Shown: piece after piece, positions 37,163 to 46,770 of the stretch
Numbering within the stretch: position 1 is the first letter of the stretch
Layout of the letters: each line of letters starts with the position of its first letter
NCBI GenBank assembly: GCA_041659505.1
Contig: JBAZYF010000002.1
Location: forward strand, 51,966 to 115,965
Length of the DNA stretch: 64,000 nucleotides
Direction: 5' to 3'
Source: Parcubacteria group bacterium
GTDB lineage: Bacteria; Patescibacteriota; Minisyncoccia; Moranbacterales; UBA2206
The notes under the pieces: generated by a model
Database searches by the model: none
Told to the model about the DNA's origin: nothing
Seen by the model: only the letters and a program-made list of their open reading frames with translations
Translations under genes and position numbers: made by a program

Positions 37163-38629
37163 TCACAACTTCTTCCGCAACAGCTCTTCCGCCACTTGCG
37201 GATTAGCTTTGCCTTTAGACACCGCCATCACTTGCCCAACTAAAAATTTCAGTGCGTTTTCTTTTCCCGCTTTGAAGTCTGCGACAGATTTTTCATTTTT
37301 TGCAAGGACTGCGTCGACGATATTTTCCAGCTCGCCTGCATCGCTCATTTGGATCAAATTTTTCGCCTCAATTATTTGCGATGGATCACCGCCAGTTGCA
37401 TACATTTCCGCCAGGACTGTTTGCGCTCCGGAAGAACTGATCTTGCCTTCGCCGATAATAGCAATCAGTTCGGCATAATTTTCCGGCGTAATTTTCAAAT
37501 TTTCTATTCCTTCGCCGTTAGTCATCAGATGCTTTCGCAACTCTCCGACAATATAGTTAGCGGAAAGTGCCAAGCATTTTTCGAGCGTAACGGAAAATTC
37601 TTTGCAATCAATTTTCTCCTTAATTTCACTAACGACATTTTCAAAATAATCTGCGAGAGCCGGATCAGTCGTAAGGACTAAAATTGCATCATCGGCGAGA
37701 GCATATTCCTCCTTGAAACGCTTCACTTTCTGATCAGGCAATTCCGACAATTTTCTTTTCAGCTCCTTTGCGTATCCTGCATCAAATTGAAATGGCGGGA
37801 TATCCGGTTCAGGAAAATAGCGATAGTCATGCGCCGATTCTTTCTTGCGTTGAGAAATTGTCATATTACGATTAGAATCCCAACCGCGGGTTTCCTGGAC
37901 AATCTTCTCGCCTTTTTCCAACGCTTCCGTCTGTCGCTGGATCTCATAAGCAATCGCTTTTTCCACAAATTTGAACGAGTTGATGTTTTTCACTTCCACT
38001 TTCGTCCCGGACAGTTTTTCTTCACCTGCTTTGTATAAAGATAAATTAACTTCGCAACGCATATGCCCCTTTTCCATATCCGCGTCCGAAATCTTGAGAT
38101 ACCGACAGATCTGTTGCAACTTCTGGCAAAACACGCGCGCCTCTTCGGCAGTTTCGATGTCCGGTTCCGTCACAAGCTCCATAAGTGGCACACCCGCGCG
38201 ATTAAAATCAACCAAAGAATAATTCACGCCTTTGGGATGAACCAATTTTCCCGTGTCTTCTTCCAAATGAATTCGTGTCACTCCGATTTTCTTCCCCAAG
38301 ACATCCAGATGCCCTGCTTCGCAAAATGGCTGGTCATATTGAGAAATTTGATAGCCCTTGGGAATATCGGGATAGAAATAGTTCTTACGGTCAAATTTAG
38401 AGTCTAATCGCAACTGACAATTCAAAGCCAACCCAGCCAATTGCACAAACTCAATCGCTTGGCGATTCGGCACAGGAAGCGTCCCGGGTTGCGCCGTGCA
38501 AACTGGACAAATGTTGATATTTGGCTCGGTTTCCAATCCGAGTCCGTTTTTGCACGTACAAAACATCTTAGATTTAGTTTTCAGTTCCACATGGATTTCC
38601 ATGCCGATGACGGGGGTGTATTTACTCAT
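37163..38629 (-). CDS. gatB: Asp/Glu-tRNA amidotransferase subunit B
   Basis: MSKYTPVIGMEIHVEL...FCTC N-terminus; GatB/YqeY C-terminal domain. Confidence 0.9.
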   Translation of the reverse strand: MSKYTPVIGMEIHVELKTKSKMFCTCKNGLGLETEPNINICPVCTAQPGTLPVPNRQAIEFVQLAGLALNCQLRLDSKFDRKNYFYPDIPKGYQISQYDQPFCEAGHLDVLGKKIGVTRIHLEEDTGKLVHPKGVNYSLVDFNRAGVPLMELVTEPDIETAEEARVFCQKLQQICRYLKISDADMEKGHMRCEVNLSLYKAGEEKLSGTKVEVKNINSFKFVEKAIAYEIQRQTEALEKGEKIVQETRGWDSNRNMTISQRKKESAHDYRYFPEPDIPPFQFDAGYAKELKRKLSELPDQKVKRFKEEYALADDAILVLTTDPALADYFENVVSEIKEKIDCKEFSVTLEKCLALSANYIVGELRKHLMTNGEGIENLKITPENYAELIAIIGEGKISSSGAQTVLAEMYATGGDPSQIIEAKNLIQMSDAGELENIVDAVLAKNEKSVADFKAGKENALKFLVGQVMAVSKGKANPQVAEELLRKKL

Positions 38630-38711
38630 ATAATCAAAATTTATTACTGATCAACTTTTTTCATACTAACTGAAAACTACGGATAAATCAATTCTGGCCA
38701 AAAAGTTTCTT

Positions 38712-39212
38712 TTAATATAAAACGCTGTATTTCAAGACCACGGAGTTAGTATTGATCTTCTCAATGCTATTTAGCTTCAACTCTGCATCAAAATCACCCT
38801 TAAACAGCGAGAGTCCATCGCCAAATATTTTTGGCTCAATTGTAATCCAGATTTCATCGATTAATTTACGCTCCAAGAAAAGCCCGTTGATAAAAGCGCC
38901 ACCGCCAAGAATCGCCGACTCATATCCCAAGCCTTCCAACTCTCCAATAACCGCTTCTGGCTCGCCCTTGACCCACTTCACGCCTTCAATTGTTTTTGGG
39001 TTTTCTTCCAAAGTGAAAACCACATTCAAACGCTCTTTCAGCGGAGAAGGAAAAGTGAAAAAAGTCTTATCCCCCATGATTACAACACCGGCTTCTTTGG
39101 AAGCTTTTTGAAATAATTTTTTATCCTCTCTGCTTGTCCAATCAGGAAAATGATCGCTGGACTTGGCAATTTTGCCATCCAATGTCATCGCCATCATCAT
39201 TATTACTTTCAT
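38712..39212 (-). CDS. dihydrofolate reductase family protein (DHFR / RibD C-terminal-like)
   Basis: 166 aa, MAMTLDGKIA...VIMGDKTF; sits beside thyA. Confidence 0.55.
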   Translation of the reverse strand: MKVIMMMAMTLDGKIAKSSDHFPDWTSREDKKLFQKASKEAGVVIMGDKTFFTFPSPLKERLNVVFTLEENPKTIEGVKWVKGEPEAVIGELEGLGYESAILGGGAFINGLFLERKLIDEIWITIEPKIFGDGLSLFKGDFDAELKLNSIEKINTNSVVLKYSVLY

Positions 39213-39236
39213 AAATAAAATTCTACTTTAAATTTG

Positions 39237-39827
39237 TTATTTATTCCAATCACTTGATCGATATCTATTCTGCTTCGAATTTGCATGCCAACTATTTACA
39301 TCACTAAGATAAATTTCCTTAAAGATTTTTTTAGCAGTATTTGTAAACAATTTCGGAGGAATCACTTTCTTTCGCCCCCCTACTTTTGATTGAAAGATTT
39401 TTTCATTAGCATCTTTTTGCTCCATCAGCTCCAAATCTATGTCTAGATTATCTGCGTCTTTGACAATTTTTGCTTCAATCGTTTCTCTTTTTTCCATTTC
39501 TTTGAACAGTTCCATGAATTCTTTTTCAAAAGTAGTCCCAGCGAGCGTGTCCTGGACTGCTTGTTCTTCATTTCTTTTGACATATTGTCGCGACATATAG
39601 TCCACATCCATCGACCGGCTTTCGGAAATATCATGGGAAAGTGCCAGTTTCATTATCCGTTCATGGTTACCCCTTTTTTCTTTCTTGGCGATGAGAAGGG
39701 CCAGCCACATTACCCGAAAGGTATGCTCCGTGTCGTTAGCTACTTTGGTCAAAAAAAACCGCTGCCAAGCCCTTTGCATAAATCTCATCCGTCCCACTTC
39801 AAACAAAAAATCGATATCCCTTTGCAT
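39237..39827 (-). CDS. HD-domain phosphohydrolase (YfbR-like 5'-deoxynucleotidase)
   Basis: EHTFRVMWLALLIA..LALSHDISES..KDADNLD HD motifs; start trimmed to internal ATG because the longest ORF overlaps divergent thyA. Confidence 0.6.
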   Translation of the reverse strand: MQRDIDFLFEVGRMRFMQRAWQRFFLTKVANDTEHTFRVMWLALLIAKKEKRGNHERIMKLALSHDISESRSMDVDYMSRQYVKRNEEQAVQDTLAGTTFEKEFMELFKEMEKRETIEAKIVKDADNLDIDLELMEQKDANEKIFQSKVGGRKKVIPPKLFTNTAKKIFKEIYLSDVNSWHANSKQNRYRSSDWNK

Positions 39828-39913
39828 TGCATTCAACTTAAAGATTATGTATAATCCATATACTAGCACATTTGGACTAGCCAGTAAACTTGTTAAATAT
39901 TTAACTTCAATAT

Positions 39914-40849
39914 ATGCCAACATTTAGTGACATTGTGCCCATGAAGCCCTTCGCGGAAAGAACGCCAGATGAGCAATATAAAAATATGCTCCGGGATGTT
40001 TTGGAAAACGGTGTAGAAGCAATTTCTCAGCAAGGCACTAACGCCCTAACCAGAATTGGCTCAATTCCGATGCGCTTTAAGCTAGAAAATGGCTTCCCAG
40101 TGATAACCGAACGCAATATGAACCCAACAATGGCCACACTCCCGGTCACAATCTGGCAACAAGCGATTGGCGAGATTTGTGGTTTCATTAACGGCGCTCG
40201 GACTGTCGAAGAATTGGAAAAATATGGTTGTTACTGGTGGGATATGTGGTGTACAGAAAAAAAATGCTCCAAGCGCGGTCTCCCCACGGGAGATTTAGGA
40301 CCAGGCTCATATGGCGCCGCATTTCATGATTTTCCTACGAGCGAAGGAACGCCTTTCAATCAATTTCAACATATCGTTGAACAAATTAAAGAAGAACCAC
40401 AACTGCGAACGCATTTTATCTCTCCCTGGATCCCGCAATACACAGGACGAGGAAAAGGCAAGACCCAAAAAGTAGTCGTTTGCCCATGCCATGGCTGGAT
40501 CAATATCCGCATTGTTAATAATAAGCTCACCCTGCACATGATGCAACGCTCAGGAGACACGCCAATTGGTGTGCCGTCTAATATGGTGCAATATGCCGCC
40601 CTCACAATGATGCTGGCTCACGTCACGGGCACTGAGGCCTATGAATATGTCCACACCATCTCTGACGCCCATATCTTTGTTGATCAAATTTTTGCGGTAG
40701 AAAAAATGCTTGAGCGCGAATCACGACCACTCCCGACAATGAAAATCAATACAGAAAAAACAAATTTATTCGATTTTCGCCGAGAAGATTTCGAACTTTC
40801 TGATTATAACCCACATCCGGGCATCAAAGGCATTCCTGTCGCGATATAA
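39914..40849 (+). CDS. thyA: thymidylate synthase (ThyA family, divergent; Asn at base-specificity position)
   Basis: catalytic CPCH motif, LHMMQRSGDTPIGVPSNMVQYAALTMMLA aligns with ThyA [20 protein letters not shown]. Confidence 0.75.
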   Translation: MPTFSDIVPMKPFAERTPDEQYKNMLRDVLENGVEAISQQGTNALTRIGSIPMRFKLENGFPVITERNMNPTMATLPVTIWQQAIGEICGFINGARTVEELEKYGCYWWDMWCTEKKCSKRGLPTGDLGPGSYGAAFHDFPTSEGTPFNQFQHIVEQIKEEPQLRTHFISPWIPQYTGRGKGKTQKVVVCPCHGWINIRIVNNKLTLHMMQRSGDTPIGVPSNMVQYAALTMMLAHVTGTEAYEYVHTISDAHIFVDQIFAVEKMLERESRPLPTMKINTEKTNLFDFRREDFELSDYNPHPGIKGIPVAI

Positions 40850-40867
40850 AATATTTAAGAAAAATAT

Positions 40868-41359
40868 ATGGCCAGCAAAAAATATACGGAAAAAGAAAAA
40901 AAGGGTTACCTGGATTTCAATCATGCCAGAACCCCAGAACAGATTGAGCTGATGAAAAAAATTGTGGAAGATGGCGTTTGTCCATTTTGCCCAGAATATC
41001 TGCTTAAATATCATCCCAAGCCAATTCTCAAGGAAGGCAAGTGGTGGTATGTTTCAGAGAATATGAGCCCCTATGAAGGCACAAGAGTGCACCTCATGTT
41101 TTTCTATAAAAAACACACTAACCTCACCTCCGAAATTGACCCGGAAGCGGCCAAGGAACTTTTTGAGCTGATTGGTTGGGCAGAGAAGGAATATGAAATG
41201 GAGGGGGGCTCATTTTTCGTGCGCTTTGGCAAAAGCGAATACACTGGCGGAAGTGTCGATCACTATCATGTCCAACTGCTCGTCGGCAATGCCAAGGGAA
41301 CTGACGCAGAATATGACAAATTGAAAGTAAAATTAGGCTACAAAAAGCTCCTAAAGTAA
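40868..41359 (+). CDS. HIT-superfamily protein, GalT/Ap4A-phosphorylase branch (HxHxQ)
   Basis: CPFCP N-terminal motif; GGSVDHYHVQLLVG matches the H-x-H-x-Q form. Confidence 0.5.
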   Translation: MASKKYTEKEKKGYLDFNHARTPEQIELMKKIVEDGVCPFCPEYLLKYHPKPILKEGKWWYVSENMSPYEGTRVHLMFFYKKHTNLTSEIDPEAAKELFELIGWAEKEYEMEGGSFFVRFGKSEYTGGSVDHYHVQLLVGNAKGTDAEYDKLKVKLGYKKLLK

Positions 41360-41374
41360 ACTCGATTTTTCAAA

Positions 41375-41400
41375 GCACCCTGCCATGCAGGGTGTTTTTG
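41375..41400 (+). terminator. rho-independent terminator (CACCCTG-CCATG-CAGGGTG + TTTTT)
   Basis: perfect 7-bp GC stem and T-run 15 nt after the HIT-like gene stop. Confidence 0.6.
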
Positions 41401-41590
41401 GTTGACAAAAGGATGAATATCCGCTATCCTACAGCATAAAGTTCATTAAGAAATATACGCTCAATTCGTCAATAGATTCATGTTGATTGAAGAGTTTATC
41501 ATATTTTTAGTTTGTCGGTTTTTAACCCGAGAAGGATTCAAATGTGAATCCGATTATATTGGTCAAAAACATCTACGAAGGAGACACGAC

Positions 41591-42082
41591 ATGAAGAAAG
41601 AAAATGTGCCCAAAGGAGTTGATTTATCAACGATCCGCTCAAAAAAACAACTCGCAGCAACCCTGTCGGCAGAATGCCCCTGGTGCAAGTCCGATCATGA
41701 CCAGGAAAGTCCCTTGATCATAAATCTGGGACTCGTAAAGATCAGGTACAACGTTTTTGAAAAACCCTCCAGGGATATGTTCATCATTCACACCGTCAAA
41801 CACGTTTCCAGGAGAGAATTAACAAAAGAAGAGGCCTTCCAATTGATTCAGGCAGAAATCTGGCTGCTTGACAACTGGCATTGGGAGATTCAAGGATGCA
41901 GTATTATCCATCGCGTTAATGGTCTCAACTGCAACGCAAGTTCCGTTCCGGACAAGCATTATTTTAAGATGCTCGTGGCACCAGATGGAACCGGCAGCCC
42001 TGTCTACGAAACCTTGTTCAAGGATAACTCACTGGAAGCCGTGGCTCGCCGAAAGGAAAGAGCCGAAAATTTTTTTAAATAA
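41591..42082 (+). CDS. degenerate HIT-like paralog (CPWC motif, histidine triad not conserved)
   Basis: CPWCKSDH and IIHTVKHV resemble the neighbouring HIT gene; triad replaced by DKHYFKM; start placed at MKKEN. Confidence 0.4.
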   Translation: MKKENVPKGVDLSTIRSKKQLAATLSAECPWCKSDHDQESPLIINLGLVKIRYNVFEKPSRDMFIIHTVKHVSRRELTKEEAFQLIQAEIWLLDNWHWEIQGCSIIHRVNGLNCNASSVPDKHYFKMLVAPDGTGSPVYETLFKDNSLEAVARRKERAENFFK

Positions 42083-42112
42083 AAAACACTTACAAAAAAG
42101 CGAGGATGATCC

Positions 42113-42562
42113 ATGAAACGTGCATTTGAGATGGCAACACCGTTGGCCCTGCTGACGCGTGATGAACTCGGGTATTATCTCGGATTAAACCCCCAAAAAC
42201 TCACCGCCCTGAAACTTCTAGGCGAGGACACCGCCGAAAACATTGGTACTTTTTTTGAGGCCTTCGTCAAAGGAAACGCCGTGATAATCCAGATGCCAGG
42301 TAAAGAGGAAAGGGAGTTGTTGTCCGATTTACAATTCCACCCCGCAAGCGATCATCGCCTGGAAAGAAAAGATTTGGCGTTTTTCGATGTCATGCCCGAA
42401 GGAATTTTTTTGACCAAACAAAGCTCAGCGGTTTTCACTTTGATCTGTGAGGCAGGACGAATGTTCTGGAAGCGTGTAGACGGTGGAGAAGACAACGTAG
42501 AAGAAATAACGGAAAGTGTTGTCTTTCTATGCAAACCGGCAAAATCGGCATCAGTCCAATAA
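42113..42562 (+). CDS. hypothetical protein (149 aa)
   Basis: good-length ORF with RBS-like GAGGA upstream; no motif recognised. Confidence 0.4.
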   Translation: MKRAFEMATPLALLTRDELGYYLGLNPQKLTALKLLGEDTAENIGTFFEAFVKGNAVIIQMPGKEERELLSDLQFHPASDHRLERKDLAFFDVMPEGIFLTKQSSAVFTLICEAGRMFWKRVDGGEDNVEEITESVVFLCKPAKSASVQ

Positions 42563-42629
42563 GCTTAACGCTATATCAATAGCAACCACCACCCCCAAGG
42601 ATACTTGGGGGCCATTTTTTTAGAAGGTT

Positions 42630-43529
42630 CTATTTTTCATACGCCACATTCCCCAAATCTTTTTCTTGTGGCAATTCCATATCAACCAAGATTATTTCCA
42701 CCCCTTTTTCTTTCAAGATGCTTTCTCCATCGAGAACTCCATAGCCGATGTTGTAATAAAGTTTTTTGATTCCGCTGTAGGCGATTGACTTGGCGCACGG
42801 CGGGCAAGGAAAGTGGGTCACATAGATGCTTGCCCCCTCAAGACTAATCCCCTGTCTGGCCGCTTCTGCAATAACTGCCGCTTCAGCGTGAATGGCCGTT
42901 GAAAGATCGAGATGCATGCCCTTATGAAAGCCACTGCGCGGATCTCCGTTCACAAATGGCATATGTTCTGACGGAACATGATGATTACAAGCAGAAAGAA
43001 TTATTTCTCCGTCTTTCACAACGACGCTACCAACTCTGCGCCACCAGTCCGAACTCTCTTTCGACGCATCATTAGCCAAAAGCATCAGTTGCTTGTCAAA
43101 CTTAGCTTGTGAAATTTTTATGTCAGGATTGACGGGAAATTCCCGCACAGTATTGTGTTTATCCCAACGTAAAAAAATTGCATCAAAAATCACTTTTTTA
43201 TCGGAAAAATATTCCTTAGCAAGGGTGCGCATAATATCCTCGTTAGGCATGATAATTTCCACTTCTTCCTTCTGGAACTGCTCTAGCTTTTTTTCGTCCA
43301 AAACTCGCACTTCGTCAAAAACCCCTAGAGACTCAACCGCTTTTTGCATCTTTTTTGGATCAAGAGCGCGAATTTCTTTGTAAAGGTAATCAAATTTTGA
43401 AATCAACTCTGACCCAAAAATATAGAGCTGGGCATCTTTATATTTTTCAAAAAAACGCAAATAACCCGCGTGAAGCACTGGGACGTAGGCGATGATTATT
43501 TTCTTTAATTTTTTATTTTCCGTGTCCAT
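42630..43529 (-). CDS. dCMP (cytidine/deoxycytidylate) deaminase with a ~150-aa N-terminal domain of unknown function
   Basis: C-terminal HAEAAVIAEAAR...THFPCPPCAKSI zinc-binding CDA motifs; N-terminal half has no match. Confidence 0.7.
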   Translation of the reverse strand: MDTENKKLKKIIIAYVPVLHAGYLRFFEKYKDAQLYIFGSELISKFDYLYKEIRALDPKKMQKAVESLGVFDEVRVLDEKKLEQFQKEEVEIIMPNEDIMRTLAKEYFSDKKVIFDAIFLRWDKHNTVREFPVNPDIKISQAKFDKQLMLLANDASKESSDWWRRVGSVVVKDGEIILSACNHHVPSEHMPFVNGDPRSGFHKGMHLDLSTAIHAEAAVIAEAARQGISLEGASIYVTHFPCPPCAKSIAYSGIKKLYYNIGYGVLDGESILKEKGVEIILVDMELPQEKDLGNVAYEK

Positions 43530-43541
43530 ATTTTTAGTTTA

Positions 43542-44189
43542 TTACTCTTTTGTAGGATCCTTTTTCTTTTTCTCTTCCTTGATTTCACTTAAGGACCGTT
43601 CAATTGCTTCAAGAATCCGTGGCGTCAATTTTTCCTCTAATTTCTTGGCAGTTGAAATTTGCAAGCGGCGAATTTTGGCGCTAGTGGAAGTAGTTGCTTG
43701 TGGCTCAAGCACGACTATTTTTCCACAAAATTCATTTAATTCTTCCAATTGTTTTTTATTATAAGTTTCTTGGGTGGCGATAAGAACATCCGGCTTCACC
43801 ATTTTTGTCATTTGCCACTTTGGAGCGTTATGTGGTTTCAGAACAACCAAATCGACATAGCGCAAATGCGCCACCATTTCCATTCTTTCATTTTGCGGTA
43901 CAATTGGGCGATCTGGTCCCTTTCTGATCCTAATTTTCTTATCATCATCCACTCCGACCACTAAAATATCCCCGTGCTTTTTCGCTTCCATAAAATATCT
44001 AGCGTGTCCGATATGCACCATATCCCAAGATCCCATCGTGAGAACGATTTTCATTCCTAGTCCCTTGCAATGGCTAATAGCCGCTTCCAATTCCTCGGGA
44101 TCCAAGATGCACTTACCGCCGAATAGTCCCTTGGGTTGAACGATTTTTTCCTTTTCAGTTCCCTTTTCTTTCTTTTTCATTTTACGCAT
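43542..44189 (-). CDS. cytidylyltransferase-like nucleotidyltransferase (TagD/RfaE domain II type)
   Basis: TMGSWDMVHIGHARYF (HxGH) and RYVDLVVL motifs of the CTP-transferase family. Confidence 0.65.
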   Translation of the reverse strand: MRKMKKKEKGTEKEKIVQPKGLFGGKCILDPEELEAAISHCKGLGMKIVLTMGSWDMVHIGHARYFMEAKKHGDILVVGVDDDKKIRIRKGPDRPIVPQNERMEMVAHLRYVDLVVLKPHNAPKWQMTKMVKPDVLIATQETYNKKQLEELNEFCGKIVVLEPQATTSTSAKIRRLQISTAKKLEEKLTPRILEAIERSLSEIKEEKKKKDPTKE

Positions 44190-44229
44190 AGTCTCTTTGA
44201 TTAGCCGATTAATCCAGTCCCCCAGAAAA

Positions 44230-44790
44230 TTATTTCTTTAAATCTTCGATAATTTTATCCACTTGATGATATAACTCCAAAAATGTGCTTTCATTATTAA
44301 CCACGAAATCGGCATAATTTTTCAAATCTTTAATCTGTGATTCAGCTTCTTTTTCATTGTCAGCGACAAACTCCGCATAGGTTTTTTGGGCGTCATCACT
44401 GTTTTCTCTCCGCTTAGTAATGCGATGATAACGAGTGTCCAAGTCCGCTTCGATATAGACCAGCTTAAAACCCGGGAGGCTTTTGAGATATTTGATGTCT
44501 GCCATCCGGCGCACGCCATCAATCACGATCACTTGATGCACATCCGCTTCCACATCATGACAAACTACGCGAGACAAAATGTCACCGTCAAAATTATCCC
44601 GAAAAAGTGTGGAAATTTTTTGCAAATTTTCCCGACTTTCTTCCAGATGCATCCGACGCGCCACATCTCGCAACGATGTTGAAAAGCGATGCGCACTGCC
44701 GTTATGCGTCTCTGTGATATGTTTGGCTATCGTGCCTTTGCCACTGGCAATTTCTCCCGCAATACCTAAGATGATTTTCATGAGTTTCAT
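44230..44790 (-). CDS. P-loop nucleoside/nucleotide kinase-like protein
   Basis: Walker A GIAGEIASGKGT, lid-like DGVRRMADIKYL; small-kinase size. Confidence 0.5.
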   Translation of the reverse strand: MKLMKIILGIAGEIASGKGTIAKHITETHNGSAHRFSTSLRDVARRMHLEESRENLQKISTLFRDNFDGDILSRVVCHDVEADVHQVIVIDGVRRMADIKYLKSLPGFKLVYIEADLDTRYHRITKRRENSDDAQKTYAEFVADNEKEAESQIKDLKNYADFVVNNESTFLELYHQVDKIIEDLKK

Positions 44791-44798
44791 TTTTTACC

Positions 44799-44978
44799 GT
44801 GTCATTCCCGCGAAGGCGGGAATCCAGGCTCCACTAGTTATAAATTACGAACAATCAAATTATGAATCCTCTAACTTCCCTTTACTAACCAGTAAATTCT
44901 GTTTTTCTTTTGCTTGAAACCTGAGGTGTCTGGATCCCTGCCTTCGCGAGCCTGCCTGCCGGTAGGCAGGGATGACAC
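44799..44978. mobile_element. MITE-like palindromic element copy 3, with the 20-bp palindrome nested in its right TIR
   Basis: left TIR GTGTCATTCCCGCGAAGGCGGGAATCCAGG; right TIR CCTTCGCGAG[CCTGCCTGCCGGTAGGCAGG]GATGACAC split by the insert at 44951-44970. Confidence 0.7.
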
Positions 44979-45094
44979 AAGAAAGAAAACAAGTATGTAA
45001 CTCTTCTATTTTACCCCTCTTTCCCGCTCTCGTCAAAAAAGAAAAGGCCACCGAGAACGTCCCCGATGACCCCTTTTTCAAACTTGTCAAATAC

Positions 45095-46003
45095 CTAAAT
45101 TTTCAAATATTTTCGAATCGCAAACCAGCTACTGAGCGTTCCCAAAAATGCTCCGACTAAAACTTGCATGCCAAAAATTAGGGCGAAATTAGAATAATAG
45201 AGGGAAAGCATACTGACACTAGGAATGAGATGATTTGTAAAGCCTTGCGCGGATTTGAGCACGACAAAAAGCAAAAGCATCGAAATGACTGAAGCAACAA
45301 AACCATAGATGATACCTTCGAAAATGAACGGCAGGCGGATATAGGTATTGGAAGCACCGACCAAGCGCATCACTTCCACTTCTTTGCGATGAGTGTAAAT
45401 TGTAATCCGCACTGTGTTAGAAATGATCAGGAGCGAGATTAGTGAAAAAAGTCCCGCCACGCCCAGACCAATTTTGCGCACCTCTGCTACAATGGAATTC
45501 AAGCGATCAATTACCTCTTTGTTTTTGCCATAATTGATCCGACTGATATCATCCTTAAAGGAAGCATTTTGCAGATATTGACCAACTAGTTCATATTGAT
45601 TAGGATCATTGGCTTGGATGACTAGATACGAAAGCAAAGGATTGTCCCCAATCTCATCCAAGGACTGCAAAATTGTCGGCTCGTTGGCACTATTTTTCTT
45701 GAAATTTTCCAACGCTTGCTCTTTCGTCACATATTCCACTGATTTAATCTCACTAAAATTTCCCAGATCTTGTTTAGCCTTCAAGATGGAATCTTCCGAA
45801 ACACTAGCCTTAAAAAAAACGCTGACGTTAACCTTCTCCTGCATATTTTCAAGAACATTGTTCGCCGTGAGGACAATAATGAAAAGCGAGCTGACCGTGA
45901 AAAGTGAAAGAAGCATCACACTAACCGCCGCCACACTCAAATAACCATTACGCAAAAAATTGACCCACCCACTTTTGATTGTTCTCCCTAAAGTTAAAAG
46001 CAT
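45095..46003 (-). CDS. ftsX: cell-division ABC transporter permease FtsX
   Basis: N-terminus LGRTIKSGWVNFLRNGYLS then TM1, large extracytoplasmic loop, three C-terminal TMs; start at internal ATG. Confidence 0.8.
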   Translation of the reverse strand: MLLTLGRTIKSGWVNFLRNGYLSVAAVSVMLLSLFTVSSLFIIVLTANNVLENMQEKVNVSVFFKASVSEDSILKAKQDLGNFSEIKSVEYVTKEQALENFKKNSANEPTILQSLDEIGDNPLLSYLVIQANDPNQYELVGQYLQNASFKDDISRINYGKNKEVIDRLNSIVAEVRKIGLGVAGLFSLISLLIISNTVRITIYTHRKEVEVMRLVGASNTYIRLPFIFEGIIYGFVASVISMLLLFVVLKSAQGFTNHLIPSVSMLSLYYSNFALIFGMQVLVGAFLGTLSSWFAIRKYLKI

Positions 46004-46049
46004 AATATTTTTATTATTAATTCTGAATGCGCCAAATACGCAAGCCTTT

Positions 46050-46733
46050 CTAACAAATTTTGTATTTTCCTTTGACATCATCACAAAGAATCTTTCCTCT
46101 TTCCAAGACAATCACTCTCCTGGCCGCTTTATTCACAATATCCCGGTCATGACTGGCTAAAATCACAGTTGTGCCGAGCTTATTAATCTTCAAAAGTAGT
46201 TGCATAATTTCCAAAGAAGACACGGGATCGAGGTTCCCTGTCGGCTCATCAGCGATAATCACAAGCGGCTTGTGTATCAGAGCTCGCGCCATTGCCACCC
46301 GCTGTTGTTCACCGCCGGAAAGCTCATGGGGAAATTTATGTTGGCGATCACCCAAGCCGACAATTTCTAAAATTTGCGGAACATCCTCCAAAATTTCTTC
46401 CTTGGGGATGCCACAAACCTCCAAGGCATAGGCCACGTTTTCAAAAGCAGTTTTTTTGGGCAATAATTTAAAATCTTGAAAAACCGTTCCAATGCTCCGT
46501 CTGTGTGCAGAAATATGCCGCCGGCTGATGCTGTCGAGCGGTTTTTCATTGAAAAAAATTTGCCCGTCCGTCGGAGCCTCTTCGGCATAGATCATCTTCA
46601 AAATGGTTGATTTTCCCGCACCGCTCTGACCAACGATGGAAACAAATTCACCGGGGATAATCTCCAGATTTATGTTATCCAGGGCGATATAGTCATCCTT
46701 ATATATTTTTGAAACCTTATCAAACTTGATCAT
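46050..46733 (-). CDS. ftsE: cell-division ABC transporter ATPase FtsE
   Basis: Walker [10 protein letters not shown], signature [14 protein letters not shown], Walker [12 protein letters not shown]. Confidence 0.9.
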   Translation of the reverse strand: MIKFDKVSKIYKDDYIALDNINLEIIPGEFVSIVGQSGAGKSTILKMIYAEEAPTDGQIFFNEKPLDSISRRHISAHRRSIGTVFQDFKLLPKKTAFENVAYALEVCGIPKEEILEDVPQILEIVGLGDRQHKFPHELSGGEQQRVAMARALIHKPLVIIADEPTGNLDPVSSLEIMQLLLKINKLGTTVILASHDRDIVNKAARRVIVLERGKILCDDVKGKYKIC

Positions 46734-46770
46734 GTTTATTTTTTATTAACTATCTCCAAAACCTCTTTTA

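Noticed and set aside
40868-42082. Calling the two HIT-like genes galactose-1-phosphate uridylyltransferase
   Set aside because: Each is a single ~160-aa HIT unit, not the duplicated ~350-aa GalT fold. The second copy has lost the histidine triad.
44230-44790. Assigning the P-loop kinase specifically as thymidylate kinase (tmk)
   Set aside because: The Walker A motif is present but the characteristic Tmk DRY/lid motifs are not evident. It is left as a generic nucleoside/nucleotide kinase.
38712-44790. Declaring the nucleotide-metabolism island a prophage-derived DNA hypermodification system
   Set aside because: ThyA keeps the uracil-specifying Asn. No DNA glycosyltransferase, aminotransferase or phage structural genes are present. 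The cluster is equally explained by dTMP salvage, so this is kept as a hypothesis in the findings.
27097-44978. Hairpin repeats GTCATTCCCGCGAAGGCGGGAATC considered as a CRISPR array
   Set aside because: Copies are in inverted rather than direct orientation. They are kilobases apart, with no regularly sized spacers and no cas genes. They behave as MITE terminal repeats.
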